DNA of 64,000 nt from assembly GCA_050732295.1 (NCBI GenBank), contig JBOHQS010000002.1, positions 416-64,415 of the forward strand, in the 5' to 3' direction. This DNA comes from Candidatus Methylomirabilales bacterium (GTDB lineage Bacteria; Methylomirabilota; Methylomirabilia; Methylomirabilales; CSP1-5). Within the stretch, counting starts at the first letter, position 1. Each line of letters opens with the position of its first letter. Positions 1-8,487 of the stretch are shown in pieces. The notes under the pieces are model-generated. The model searched no databases, had not been told where the DNA came from, and saw only the letters and a list, made by a program, of their open reading frames with translations. The position numbers were made by a program, and so were the translations under genes.

Positions 1-851
1 CGGAACATGACCAGGTACCGGTTTTCCTCGAGCTCGCGGTCATAGAGGTACTGAGCACCCAGCAACCCCTTGCCGTCCCCTAGCGCATACCGGTATTCCA
101 CGGTCGGACTCACCCCGCGCTCACTCCGGTAGATCACCCCCAAGGTGGCGTCCTGAGAGTCGCTGATGACCCAGAAGAACTGCTCTCCGACAATGGTGCC
201 TTCTTGGGAATTTTGACCGAAAGTCGGGGGCAGAAATCCTGTTTGGCGCTCCGCCAGGGGATGTCGAAAGACCGGAAGGTACATGGCTGGAATATCCTTG
301 ATCCAGAAGGTCCCATGGGTTCCCCACGCGAATTCTTCCGGATGAACCGTTACCTCCTTCGCCCGAAATTCCCAGTCATAGGGAGGAGTCTGGCAGACCG
401 CGCACGAGCTGTACCGCGCCTCTACCAGTCGATAGGTCCGCTCGTCCTCGCGATAGGCTTCTTCGGCGACAAAGGTCGTCGAGGGCAGGATGAAGCCGTG
501 CGCCTCCCGAATGACCCCCTGCCCTGTGCCATAGTTATAGCGGAGGGAGCTTCCCTGGATTTGATTGCCCCGATCGAAGACGAGGATCGAACCCCGGGCC
601 ACAAAAGTCTCCTCGTCCTGATCCACATCCACCTCGTCGGCGTATAGGGTCCAATTCTCCCGGGTGATCCGGACATTGCCACGGGCTGCGAGCAATCGCC
701 CTCCCTCCCTACTTTCGAGGAAATCCGCGCTCACGGTGAACTCGGTGGGAGCGCGGACACCCTGGGCCATCACGGGCAGAGCCGATGCCAGGGCGAGTAG
801 TCCCACAGGAAGAATCAAACCGAAGCTCAATCGCTTTGCAGGAACCCTCAT
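1..851 (-). CDS. lptD: LPS-assembly outer-membrane protein LptD (OstA family), N-terminal ~283 codons; gene continues past the window start
   Basis: Manual translation from ATG 851 stays open to position 1. It is absent from the ORF track because no stop lies in the window. Signal peptide MRVPAKRLSFGLILPVGLLALASALPVMAQG; OstA-like N-domain (ARGNVRITRENWTLYADEVDVD); then LptD-type motifs SSCAVCQTPPYDWEFRAKEVTVH, RQTGFLPPTFG, VEYRY. Confidence 0.75.
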   Translation of the reverse strand, partial: MRVPAKRLSFGLILPVGLLALASALPVMAQGVRAPTEFTVSADFLESREGGRLLAARGNVRITRENWTLYADEVDVDQDEETFVARGSILVFDRGNQIQGSSLRYNYGTGQGVIREAHGFILPSTTFVAEEAYREDERTYRLVEARYSSCAVCQTPPYDWEFRAKEVTVHPEEFAWGTHGTFWIKDIPAMYLPVFRHPLAERQTGFLPPTFGQNSQEGTIVGEQFFWVISDSQDATLGVIYRSERGVSPTVEYRYALGDGKGLLGAQYLYDRELEENRYLVMF

Positions 852-1156
852 GGCAGCTCCTGGCGATTACCACATTTTGGTCACCCGGCCGGGGTCCAAC
901 ACCTGCGCTCGATATCGGACAGCCGATAGCCAGCTGGAATCCTGGGGTGGCTCTTCTGGCTCCTCCCATCGGGACAGACGTTCCTGCCTGTTTACCTTGA
1001 AAGCCGTAACGCCGCAACACAAACATTCCTATCGTCAGCCGAAGGGCGCAAAAACCCCTCCTTTGGTAGGGATGTCTGCTAGAGTCTCCAGAGGAATCCC
1101 GTGTACGGGCCAGCGGGGGGCGGCAGAGATCTGATGGACTAAGGCTGAATGAAGAC

Positions 1157-1185
1157 TTGACACCCCCAACATAGTCACAGATACT
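1157..1185 (+). promoter_or_regulatory. Putative sigma70-type promoter of the plus-strand methyltransferase gene
   Basis: TTGACA (1157-1162), 17-nt spacer, GATACT (1180-1185). GAGGAG (1197-1202) lies 8 nt before ATG 1211. Sequence match only. Confidence 0.35.
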
Positions 1186-1210
1186 TGGGCCCTCGCGAGG
1201 AGACTCAAGG

Positions 1211-2176
1211 ATGAATGCGGCAGAACCCCTCAATGCCAGTTCACTCCCTCGACCATCAGATACTCACGTGACTTGCAAGATTTGCTCGAGCAGATCGGAA
1301 TATGTCTTTTCCCTCGAGAGCAAACCCGATGGGCCTGAACCTCTTGGGATCCTCCTGTGTCCCAATTGTGGCCTCTTGTTTGTTGGGAATCCGATCTCGA
1401 ACGAGGAGCTTGCACGCGCATACGAAAGCCTAGACCAAGACACCTACTATCAACAGATCTCCAAAACCCTTCCTGGGAAGATGTCCCGTGCGATTTCCGA
1501 TATTCGCACGGTGCTCCCCCCTGATCCCGCGAGATCCTCTGTGCTCGACGTTGGATGTGGCTACGGGCATTTCCTCGATGCCCTCAGCACCGTCCATCCC
1601 TCGGTACGCGCCGTCGGTCACGAGTTGCCAGGGCAGGCCGCCTCCGCCTGCCAGAAAAAGGGCTTCCACGTATTCACCAGCGAGCTCGAGATTATCCCCG
1701 ACCGATTTTTTCTCATCTCATTGCTCGACGTAGCCGAGCACCTGCCTAACCCTAATCGCACCTTTACCGCATGCTATACGCTTCTGCACACAGGTGGATA
1801 CATTTACATCCACACACCACGAAGATGTTTCTGGGACAACTTGTTCCTCGCATTGCTTGACGCGCCCGCCCTGAGCCGATTGGCTCGTGCGTGGTTTACC
1901 ACCAGGCTCTCTCTCTTCCATCTCCACCTGTGGACAGACAAGGCCCTGATGCTTGCCTTGCAAAAGGCAGGATTTCATATCGTGTACTTGAGATCGGCGC
2001 TGGAGCTCAGTTGGCCCCTGAGTATGTACGTCAGAATCTACTTGGGCGAAAAGCTCCGACTTCCACGTCCAATCCCGTTCATCATTGGCGTACTCGCGAG
2101 AATATTATTCGTGTGGCTCAGGACATTGCGAAATAAGGCCATTTGCCTGGCCCAAAAGACGGAAACACCCGCATAA
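1211..2176 (+). CDS. Class I SAM-dependent methyltransferase with N-terminal zinc ribbon
   Basis: 321-aa ORF. CxxC...CxxC (CKICSS ... CPNCG); SAM motif I VLDVGCGYGHF. This is the only convincing plus-strand gene and it converges on the long minus-strand array. Confidence 0.8.
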   Translation: MNAAEPLNASSLPRPSDTHVTCKICSSRSEYVFSLESKPDGPEPLGILLCPNCGLLFVGNPISNEELARAYESLDQDTYYQQISKTLPGKMSRAISDIRTVLPPDPARSSVLDVGCGYGHFLDALSTVHPSVRAVGHELPGQAASACQKKGFHVFTSELEIIPDRFFLISLLDVAEHLPNPNRTFTACYTLLHTGGYIYIHTPRRCFWDNLFLALLDAPALSRLARAWFTTRLSLFHLHLWTDKALMLALQKAGFHIVYLRSALELSWPLSMYVRIYLGEKLRLPRPIPFIIGVLARILFVWLRTLRNKAICLAQKTETPA

Positions 2177-2329
2177 CTTCCTTGCACTTCGGCCCTTTCA
2201 TTTCTCCCTTGGCGGTAAGAGTCTATCTCATACACTGAACGGCGTGATCTTGCAACCAGGATTCTGTTCGGCAAGTGCCTGACTCCGTGACGGCCGCTAT
2301 TTCAACTTCACATCGCCGATACGCGCCCC

Positions 2330-2350
2330 AAAAAACGGCGGTGCTGCCGT
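2330..2350 (-). terminator. Weak candidate intrinsic terminator at the end of the minus-strand array
   Basis: The minus strand reads ACGGC-AGCACC-GCCGT followed by a T run (5-bp stem, 6-nt loop, T6). It lies ~95 nt downstream of the wzz-like stop. The stem is short. Confidence 0.25.
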
Positions 2351-2445
2351 GCTGGAATTGGAGATGCAAAAACCGCTGGGTCGCCTCAGCAGTCTTCTGC
2401 CCCGGAGGAAACGGTCACCCGCTCTTGGTCCTGTCTCCTCCCGTT

Positions 2446-3273
2446 CTACCCCTCACTCCTTACTGCCGACTCCCTCCCCCTGGCTTTCTCGATGTATTCC
2501 AGGAAGAAGGCAAGGAAAGTAAATGCCATTAGGGCTAGCGCGCCGCCGAGGACCACGCTCAGTCCGACCCTTGCCTTGACTGACTGGCGCAGGGAGGTAC
2601 CGACCGCGATAAGGGTCGTATTCCTTTGCCCGAGACTTGAGATGCGAGTCTGTTGCAATTGTCTTTTTAGGTCTGTGAGGCTCCTCTCTCGATCTCCGAT
2701 GCTTGCGTACAGGATCCCGGTCGACGTCGAATCAGAATTCGAGGCGTGCATCATCCTTTCGAGTAGCTCTTTCATCCTTCGGTTCTCTGCCTCTAAACTC
2801 GTGATCCTTGCGACAAGCTCCGCCTCAAATGCCTTTGCAACTTGCGCCGCTTTATCGAAGATCTGCTCGTGCGCTTTAATCACATTCTCAGCCAGCCAAT
2901 CGGCGATGCGGGTTGCCATTTGACGATTAGCAGATTCGACTTTATATCGGACATGAGGATTAACTTTTCCATCTATCGAAATGAGATCGGCGAATTCTTG
3001 CGGGGCGAGTTCCAGTTGAAGTTCCTTGATCGCCTCTTCAAGCATCGTGTGGTCTTTTAGGTGATCGATGACCACCTCGCGACTTTCAATCTCTTTGCCG
3101 GTGTCCGGCAGTTGGCCTATTCTCAAGGTGCGCGACACGAGGTAGACATTGGGTGTCGAGACGCTCACCACGAGCGAAGCCGCGGCGGCAAGGAAGGTAC
3201 CCCAAATAATTAGCCTCTTTCTTTTCCAGATCACCCGGAGGTAATCAATCAACTCTATCTCTTGCTCTGCCAC
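2446..3273 (-). CDS. Wzz / polysaccharide co-polymerase (chain-length determinant) family protein
   Basis: 275 aa. GTG start with GAGG 7 nt upstream. Wzz-type N-terminus EIELIDYLRVIWKRKRLI plus a TM helix, a central coiled coil, and a C-terminal TM helix VVLGGALALMAFTFLAFFL. Confidence 0.7.
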   Translation of the reverse strand: MAEQEIELIDYLRVIWKRKRLIIWGTFLAAAASLVVSVSTPNVYLVSRTLRIGQLPDTGKEIESREVVIDHLKDHTMLEEAIKELQLELAPQEFADLISIDGKVNPHVRYKVESANRQMATRIADWLAENVIKAHEQIFDKAAQVAKAFEAELVARITSLEAENRRMKELLERMMHASNSDSTSTGILYASIGDRERSLTDLKRQLQQTRISSLGQRNTTLIAVGTSLRQSVKARVGLSVVLGGALALMAFTFLAFFLEYIEKARGRESAVRSEG

Positions 3274-3344
3274 GATTTGCCTCGTCAGAATAGAAAGGGA
3301 TTTGATCCCCTTCCGGCCTCCTGGCCTGATGGTACTTCAGTGTT

Positions 3345-4031
3345 CTAGCTGTTTCTTCTGGTCTCCTCCGTCAGATCCCCAAGACTTTCGATGGCGACCC
3401 ACTCCTCTCGTATCGGATAGCCGAGAACTTTATGGCCGCTCCTCACAGCGGTACCGATCAGATCGGGCATGTCGAAAAACTCATCCTTCGGCACGAGGTC
3501 TAGGACATCCGGACTCACCACGTAAATGCCACAATTGATATGCAACGGCAACCTGGGACGCTCCTCGATTGTGTGGATTCTTTCCCCATCCATCTGCACG
3601 ACTCCGTAGGGAACGACGTGTTCATACTGGCGGATGCCGACGGTGATCGCCGCAGCCTCCTTCAGGTGCGTCTGGAAGAACGCCTGAAAGTCCAGCTTCG
3701 TCATAATATCGGCATTCATGACTAACACGGGTTCTGACAGTTCAAAGCGATCCCGGATCAAACGAAGAGGACCCGCTGTCCCGAGCCGCTTGTCCTCCCG
3801 AGAATAGTGGATGTTCACCCCGAACTGCCTCCCGTCCTGGAAGTAGACCTGGATGAGCTCGGCTCGATATCCCACGGCCAGGTAGATGTCACTCACGCCG
3901 TGCCCCTTCAGATTCTCGACCAGGATTTCCAGTATCGGCCGCTCCCCGACGGGGATAAGAGGCTTCGGGACGGCAAAGGTCAGTGGGCGTAGCCGTGTTC
4001 CCAGCCCGCCAGCAAGGATGATAGCCTTCAT
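3345..4031 (-). CDS. Sugar-1-phosphate nucleotidyltransferase (HddC/RmlA-N-like)
   Basis: 228 aa. MKAIILAGGLGTRLRPLT...PKPL signature. Abuts the upstream SDR gene with no gap. Confidence 0.8.
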   Translation of the reverse strand: MKAIILAGGLGTRLRPLTFAVPKPLIPVGERPILEILVENLKGHGVSDIYLAVGYRAELIQVYFQDGRQFGVNIHYSREDKRLGTAGPLRLIRDRFELSEPVLVMNADIMTKLDFQAFFQTHLKEAAAITVGIRQYEHVVPYGVVQMDGERIHTIEERPRLPLHINCGIYVVSPDVLDLVPKDEFFDMPDLIGTAVRSGHKVLGYPIREEWVAIESLGDLTEETRRNS

Positions 4032-5009
4032 TTAGATGTGATACCTCCCGGACTCATCCAGATGTCCCGACTCCTGAAACCAGGCAATGGTCTGTTTCAG
4101 GCCTTCATCCAGTGAATACTGCGGCCGCCAGCTCAGGAGGCGGTGGGCCTTTGCATTATTGCAGCAGAGGCGACGGACCTCACTGCTCCCAGGGCGCAGC
4201 CGCTGCTCATCGCTGAGGATTTCTATATTACCGTCAATCAGGGCGGCAATTTTCTTCGCCAGATCGCCGATCGATATTTCCCCGCCGGTTCCGATGTTCA
4301 CGACCTCGCCTATGGCTCCGTCTGCCTCTGCGATGCGGATCAGACCGCCCACGGTGTCCTTGACAAAGGTGAAGTCGCGAGTTGGCGACGTCGCTCCAAG
4401 CGACACTGGTCCCCCCTGCAGCATCTGCGCGATAATGGTCGGAATCACCGCGCGGAGAGACTGCCGTGGGCCAAAGGTATTGAACGGTCGCGCGATCGAA
4501 ACCGGCAGGCCGTACGAACGATGGAAGGCTTCTCCCAATTTATCTGCCGCGATCTTGCTCGCCGCGTACGGGGATTGCGCCTGGAGTGGGTGCTCTTCAT
4601 CGATGGGGACGTACCGGGCTGTCCCATACACTTCACTCGTCGAGGTCAGGACGACCCGGCGAGGTCCCGTTTCCCGGGCTGCCGTCAACACGTTGAGACT
4701 TCCGATCGTGTTGACGTGAATAACCTCCCGGGGGTGCACGAAAGAGTACGGGACCCCGATCAGGGCGCCCAGGTGAAAGACGCACTCCTGCTCCTTCATC
4801 GCCCGGTACACACTTTCGTACTCAGTCAAATCCCCGGCGACAATTCGGACGTCGCTGGTCAAGGACGATAAGAAACCCACCGAGGCTCGCGAGGTGTATC
4901 GGACAAACGCCGTCACCCGTGCGCCGAGAGCAACGAGCGCCTCCACCGCGTGGCTCCCGATGAACCCCGCCGCCCCCGTGACCAGGACGTTTGTGCCATT
5001 CCAGTTCAC
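4032..5009 (-). CDS. NAD-dependent epimerase/dehydratase (extended SDR)
   Basis: VLVTGAAGFIGSH Rossmann motif; catalytic YAASK. The track ORF begins at TTG 5036, but GTG 5009 has GAGGGAG 5 nt upstream. Confidence 0.8.
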   Translation of the reverse strand: MNWNGTNVLVTGAAGFIGSHAVEALVALGARVTAFVRYTSRASVGFLSSLTSDVRIVAGDLTEYESVYRAMKEQECVFHLGALIGVPYSFVHPREVIHVNTIGSLNVLTAARETGPRRVVLTSTSEVYGTARYVPIDEEHPLQAQSPYAASKIAADKLGEAFHRSYGLPVSIARPFNTFGPRQSLRAVIPTIIAQMLQGGPVSLGATSPTRDFTFVKDTVGGLIRIAEADGAIGEVVNIGTGGEISIGDLAKKIAALIDGNIEILSDEQRLRPGSSEVRRLCCNNAKAHRLLSWRPQYSLDEGLKQTIAWFQESGHLDESGRYHI

Positions 5010-5069
5010 TGAATCTCCCTCACGGTCAATAGTCAACGGCCAATGATTCGAAGCCTCAGACGTGAGGCG

Positions 5070-5447
5070 TTAGGCGTGAGGAGACGACTTATGGGCTGAT
5101 TGGTGACGGATCAGGCCGGTCAGCATCTTGTCCACCCTTTGGAGCACCTTATCAAGGTCCTCCCAGATTTTCCCGTCAAGAAACGCTAATCGCCTTGCGA
5201 CTTCCAGTTGTGTATCCAATTCACTCAAGGAGCCCTGGGCCATGTGAAGATAATTCACAAATTCCTTCTTCGTCTGACGCGCCGCCCCCTCGGCGATATT
5301 GCTCGGAACGCTAACAGCGGCCCGCCTTACCTGACTGCTGAGGCCATATTTCTCTTCCTTCGGAAAGCTCTCCGTGATCCGATAAATTTCGATGACCAAG
5401 TCCATGGCCATCTGCCAGACATCAAGCTTCTTGTGCGGCTTCTCCAC
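5070..5447 (-). CDS. Four-helix-bundle protein (23S rRNA intervening-sequence protein / Avd-like family)
   Basis: 125 aa. Family pattern LDVWQ..MDLV..IY.IT..FP.EE.YGL.SQ.RRAA.S...NIAEG. GTG start preceded by GGGGAG. Flanked by inverted GTGAGG-type repeats. Confidence 0.8.
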   Translation of the reverse strand: MEKPHKKLDVWQMAMDLVIEIYRITESFPKEEKYGLSSQVRRAAVSVPSNIAEGAARQTKKEFVNYLHMAQGSLSELDTQLEVARRLAFLDGKIWEDLDKVLQRVDKMLTGLIRHQSAHKSSPHA

Positions 5448-5575
5448 CCGCCACTCCCCTCACCCTTCACGCCTCACCCCTTACGCCCCCACCCCTTACG
5501 CCTCACCCCTCACGCACTTACGGTTCGCCCTTTCACTCCCCACCTCTTACCTCTTACCTCTCACCTCTCACTATC
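5448..5575. repeat. Degenerate array of CCTCAC/CCTTAC (minus strand GTGAGG/GTAAGG) units; very G-rich on the transcribed strand
   Basis: Read directly: ...cctcacccttcacgcctcaccccttacgcccccaccccttacgcctcacccctcacgc...cacctcttacctcttacctctcacctctcac. It fills the whole gap between the four-helix-bundle gene and the GT4-PGT gene. Confidence 0.85.
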
Positions 5576-7489
5576 TTATGCATCCCACTTTGCCCGCAAG
5601 GTATTCCACACCGACATCCCAATCAGCTTGATATCCAGCCACAAGCTTCGCCGTCGCATGTAGAGAAGATCGTAGCGGAGTTTGTTCCTCGGAGCCATAT
5701 TGTGGGGGCCATAGACCTGGGCGATCCCGGTAAGGCCTGGCCGAATCTGGTACCGCATCCGACCGAGATTCGGAACCTCCTTTTCGTAGGCTGCAATAAA
5801 CTCGGGTGGCTCTGGCCGCGGGCCGACAAAACTCATATCGCCCCGTAAGATGTTCAGCAATTGCGGCAGCTCGTTCAGCGCTGTCTTCCTTAGGATTCGG
5901 CCGACCCGCATTACCTTCTGGTCGTCAGAGTGTACGACCACGGCCTTCGCAACTTCATCATCGAACCGCCTATAGATCGTGCGAAACTTGTAGGCCGTAA
6001 ACTCCTTCCTACCCTTGCCCACACGCTTTTGTACGAATAGGATCGGCCTTCCGTCCTCCAGGTAGATCGCCACGCTGATCAGAAGCCACACCGGCAGGAA
6101 AAGGAAAAATCCAAGAGATGCCAAAGTGATATCGAAGGTTCGCTTCCAGGCCGGCTCACTACGAGGTACTCCTCCCGACTGATCTGGTTTCATGGTTTGC
6201 GCTGCAATTTCAGAGGGCAAGCCCGCCTTGCCTGAGGCTTTCGCGGTCTTGCGGGCTATCAATCGCTCTAGGATGTGCAGGTACTCCAACGCTTTTTCTT
6301 CTCGCGCGAAATGCTGCACGATAAAGGCCCTGCCATTCTCACCGAGTCGTGCACGTAACGCCGAGTCTCGATAGAGACGCAACAGGGCCTCTATAAGAGC
6401 TTCTGGATCACCAGGCGGAACGTAGATGCCGGCCTGGGCTTCATCCAGGATCGTCCGGGCCTGACCATCGACGCCCAGCACCACCGGTCGCCCGCACGCC
6501 ATGAACTCCAGCATTTTGGAGGGAAGAACGGTGGCAAACAACTCCGCCCTTCTGAGCGGGACCAGGCAGACATCCGACATATTGATAAACGCAGGGATCC
6601 TGTCCCGAGGTTGCTGATCTACAAATTGGAGGTTGTCCAGTCGGAGCTTCGCTGCCATCTCCTGCAACCGCGCTTTTTCAGCCCCCTCCCCGACCAGCAG
6701 AAATACGACATCAGGCAGGACTTCTCTCAGCCTATCCGCCGCCTCGAGGACTACCTCAAGCCCGTGCGCATAGCCCATAGTCCCGATGTAAGAGACGACG
6801 AATTTTCCATCGAGACCTAGGCGCTGCCGGAGCTCTTTTGTCTCGACCCGAGGGAAAAATTGACCGGTCTCGACACCATTCTCGACCACATGGATGATCT
6901 CCCTGGAAAGTCCCTTCTGCGTGACCAGGCAATCCTTCAGGGCATCCGTGACCACCACAATCCGGTCGGACTGCTGATACAGAAATAAGGCCAGACGTTC
7001 CAGCCGCCGCATCAGAAAGGAATTCTCCTTTCCGATGCCCGAGGCCAGTAGGGACTCGGGCCAAAGATCTCTCACCTCAAACACGAACGGACAACCCTTG
7101 AGGCGGCTGATCCACCATCCGGCAAGACCGTTCAGGAGTTGCGGCGAGCTGCCAATCACGACGTCTGGTCGTTCCAGGAAAAGGCCCCGCAGAGATGCCG
7201 AGACGCCGAAAGAGCCATAAACTAGCATCCGCTCCCAGGGACGGCGGTTCGGTGCCGGATAGAGCCAGGTCCGTACGACCTCGATCCCATCGATCCTTTC
7301 GCGGCAGGTGAGCCGCCACATGCGTCGCCGATATTCCTGTGGAACGATGCCGGTAGGGTGGTTGGGAAAGCCGGTCAACACCGTCACCCGGTGCCCGGCC
7401 TTCACCCAGTGCTTCGAAAGCTCGTAGACCCGGGCACTCGGCGCCCCCATCTCCGGCGGAAAATACTGACTGACGTAGAGAATGTCCAT
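5576..7489 (-). CDS. Fusion protein: GT4 (WcaI-like) glycosyltransferase + C-terminal monotopic phosphoglycosyl transferase (bacterial sugar transferase, PglC/WbaP-C type) domain
   Basis: 637 aa. N-half: MDILYVSQYFPPEMGAPSARVYELSKHW. C-half: re-entrant helix FDITLASLGFFLFLPVWLLISVAIYL, KFRTI, NELPQLLNILRGDMSFVGPRP, RPGLTGIAQV. Confidence 0.85.
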   Translation of the reverse strand: MDILYVSQYFPPEMGAPSARVYELSKHWVKAGHRVTVLTGFPNHPTGIVPQEYRRRMWRLTCRERIDGIEVVRTWLYPAPNRRPWERMLVYGSFGVSASLRGLFLERPDVVIGSSPQLLNGLAGWWISRLKGCPFVFEVRDLWPESLLASGIGKENSFLMRRLERLALFLYQQSDRIVVVTDALKDCLVTQKGLSREIIHVVENGVETGQFFPRVETKELRQRLGLDGKFVVSYIGTMGYAHGLEVVLEAADRLREVLPDVVFLLVGEGAEKARLQEMAAKLRLDNLQFVDQQPRDRIPAFINMSDVCLVPLRRAELFATVLPSKMLEFMACGRPVVLGVDGQARTILDEAQAGIYVPPGDPEALIEALLRLYRDSALRARLGENGRAFIVQHFAREEKALEYLHILERLIARKTAKASGKAGLPSEIAAQTMKPDQSGGVPRSEPAWKRTFDITLASLGFFLFLPVWLLISVAIYLEDGRPILFVQKRVGKGRKEFTAYKFRTIYRRFDDEVAKAVVVHSDDQKVMRVGRILRKTALNELPQLLNILRGDMSFVGPRPEPPEFIAAYEKEVPNLGRMRYQIRPGLTGIAQVYGPHNMAPRNKLRYDLLYMRRRSLWLDIKLIGMSVWNTLRAKWDA

Positions 7490-7498
7490 GTCGAGACC

Positions 7499-8323
7499 CT
7501 AGGCAGGTTTCTCCGCCGTGACGAGGAGGTAAAGCCCGAAGCGATCCCCCAGGCGTCGCACCAGCCACCGGGGATACAGGGCCCAGACCAGCCGATACGC
7601 CTGACCCTGGTACTTCTGGCTAGGCTTGATGGTCAAGAGGTCGCCCGGTCCCAGCTTCGTTCGAATCCGGACGTTCGTGAATCCCGCCTTCGCTAGCATC
7701 GCTTCTGCCTCAGCCACGGTGTAGGCCTTGGTTCCAGGGCTTTCGAGATGCTCGTAGATACAGCGCCTCGGCGCTACCCAGGGCCGCGCGGCCAAGAAAC
7801 CGTGACGAAACCAAAGTATGCAGCCGGTCCACGAAGGTGTATGATAAATCATAGCCTTTAAGGCACCTGCCGGTTTCAGGACTCGCAGCGCTTCCTTGAA
7901 GGCCGTCGCAGTATCTGGGGTGTGATGCAGTGCACCCCATGAATAGACCAGATCAAAGGTGTTATTTTTAAAGGGAAGGTTTTCTGCATCAGCCTGTGCC
8001 AAGCGATAGCTTTCCTTATCATTGTTCACGGCTTTCAGCCGCGAAGTAGTGTGGGTAATGGCTGCTTCTGTCAAATCCACACCCGTCGCTGACGCGCCAT
8101 GCCGAACAAACTGGGAGAAGTCGACCCCTGCCCCGACACCGATTTCCAAGATCCGCTTCCCCGCGTAAGACTCAAAGTCAGCAAAACTTGGAATATAAGG
8201 CTCCAGGAAGTAGCGCCACTGTTCCATGCTCCGGTGGAAAGCCTCAAGGTTCCCTCCTTCGCCATACCGGGTGCCGGCGGTCTCGGCTTCCCAATGTTGG
8301 CGAACCACTTCCTTCGTTGGCAC
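7499..8323 (-). CDS. Class I SAM-dependent methyltransferase
   Basis: 274 aa, GTG start. Motif I ILEIGVGAGVDFSQF. Paralogous in layout to the methyltransferase at 10174-11040. Confidence 0.8.
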   Translation of the reverse strand: MPTKEVVRQHWEAETAGTRYGEGGNLEAFHRSMEQWRYFLEPYIPSFADFESYAGKRILEIGVGAGVDFSQFVRHGASATGVDLTEAAITHTTSRLKAVNNDKESYRLAQADAENLPFKNNTFDLVYSWGALHHTPDTATAFKEALRVLKPAGALKAMIYHTPSWTGCILWFRHGFLAARPWVAPRRCIYEHLESPGTKAYTVAEAEAMLAKAGFTNVRIRTKLGPGDLLTIKPSQKYQGQAYRLVWALYPRWLVRRLGDRFGLYLLVTAEKPA

Positions 8324-8487
8324 GGGCTCCCGCTCTCAAAAGTTCATCAACGGAGATGTGATGACATCCCGCTGGCCGCGATAACAAAAACGGCGTACGC
8401 GGGGCGACTCGCATTTCTGGAGGGATAGTGCCTTCTACCCCCACTGCGACCAGCAGATTCTGATTTGGCGAAGGTCATTGAACTCCG

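Noticed and set aside
204-1233. Track ORFs 204-647 (+), 664-1134 (+) and 709-1233 (-) at the left edge
   Set aside because: The manually translated minus-strand frame 851 to 1 gives a convincing LptD N-terminus. The listed ORFs overlap it, or the lptD upstream region, and show no motifs.
5070-5447. Four-helix-bundle gene considered as the Avd component of a diversity-generating retroelement
   Set aside because: No reverse transcriptase and no template/variable repeat pair is present anywhere in the window.
5448-5575. Repeat array considered as a CRISPR array
   Set aside because: The units are degenerate 6-13-nt motifs with no constant-length unique spacers, and no cas genes are present. It is a low-complexity G/C-skewed repeat, not a CRISPR array.
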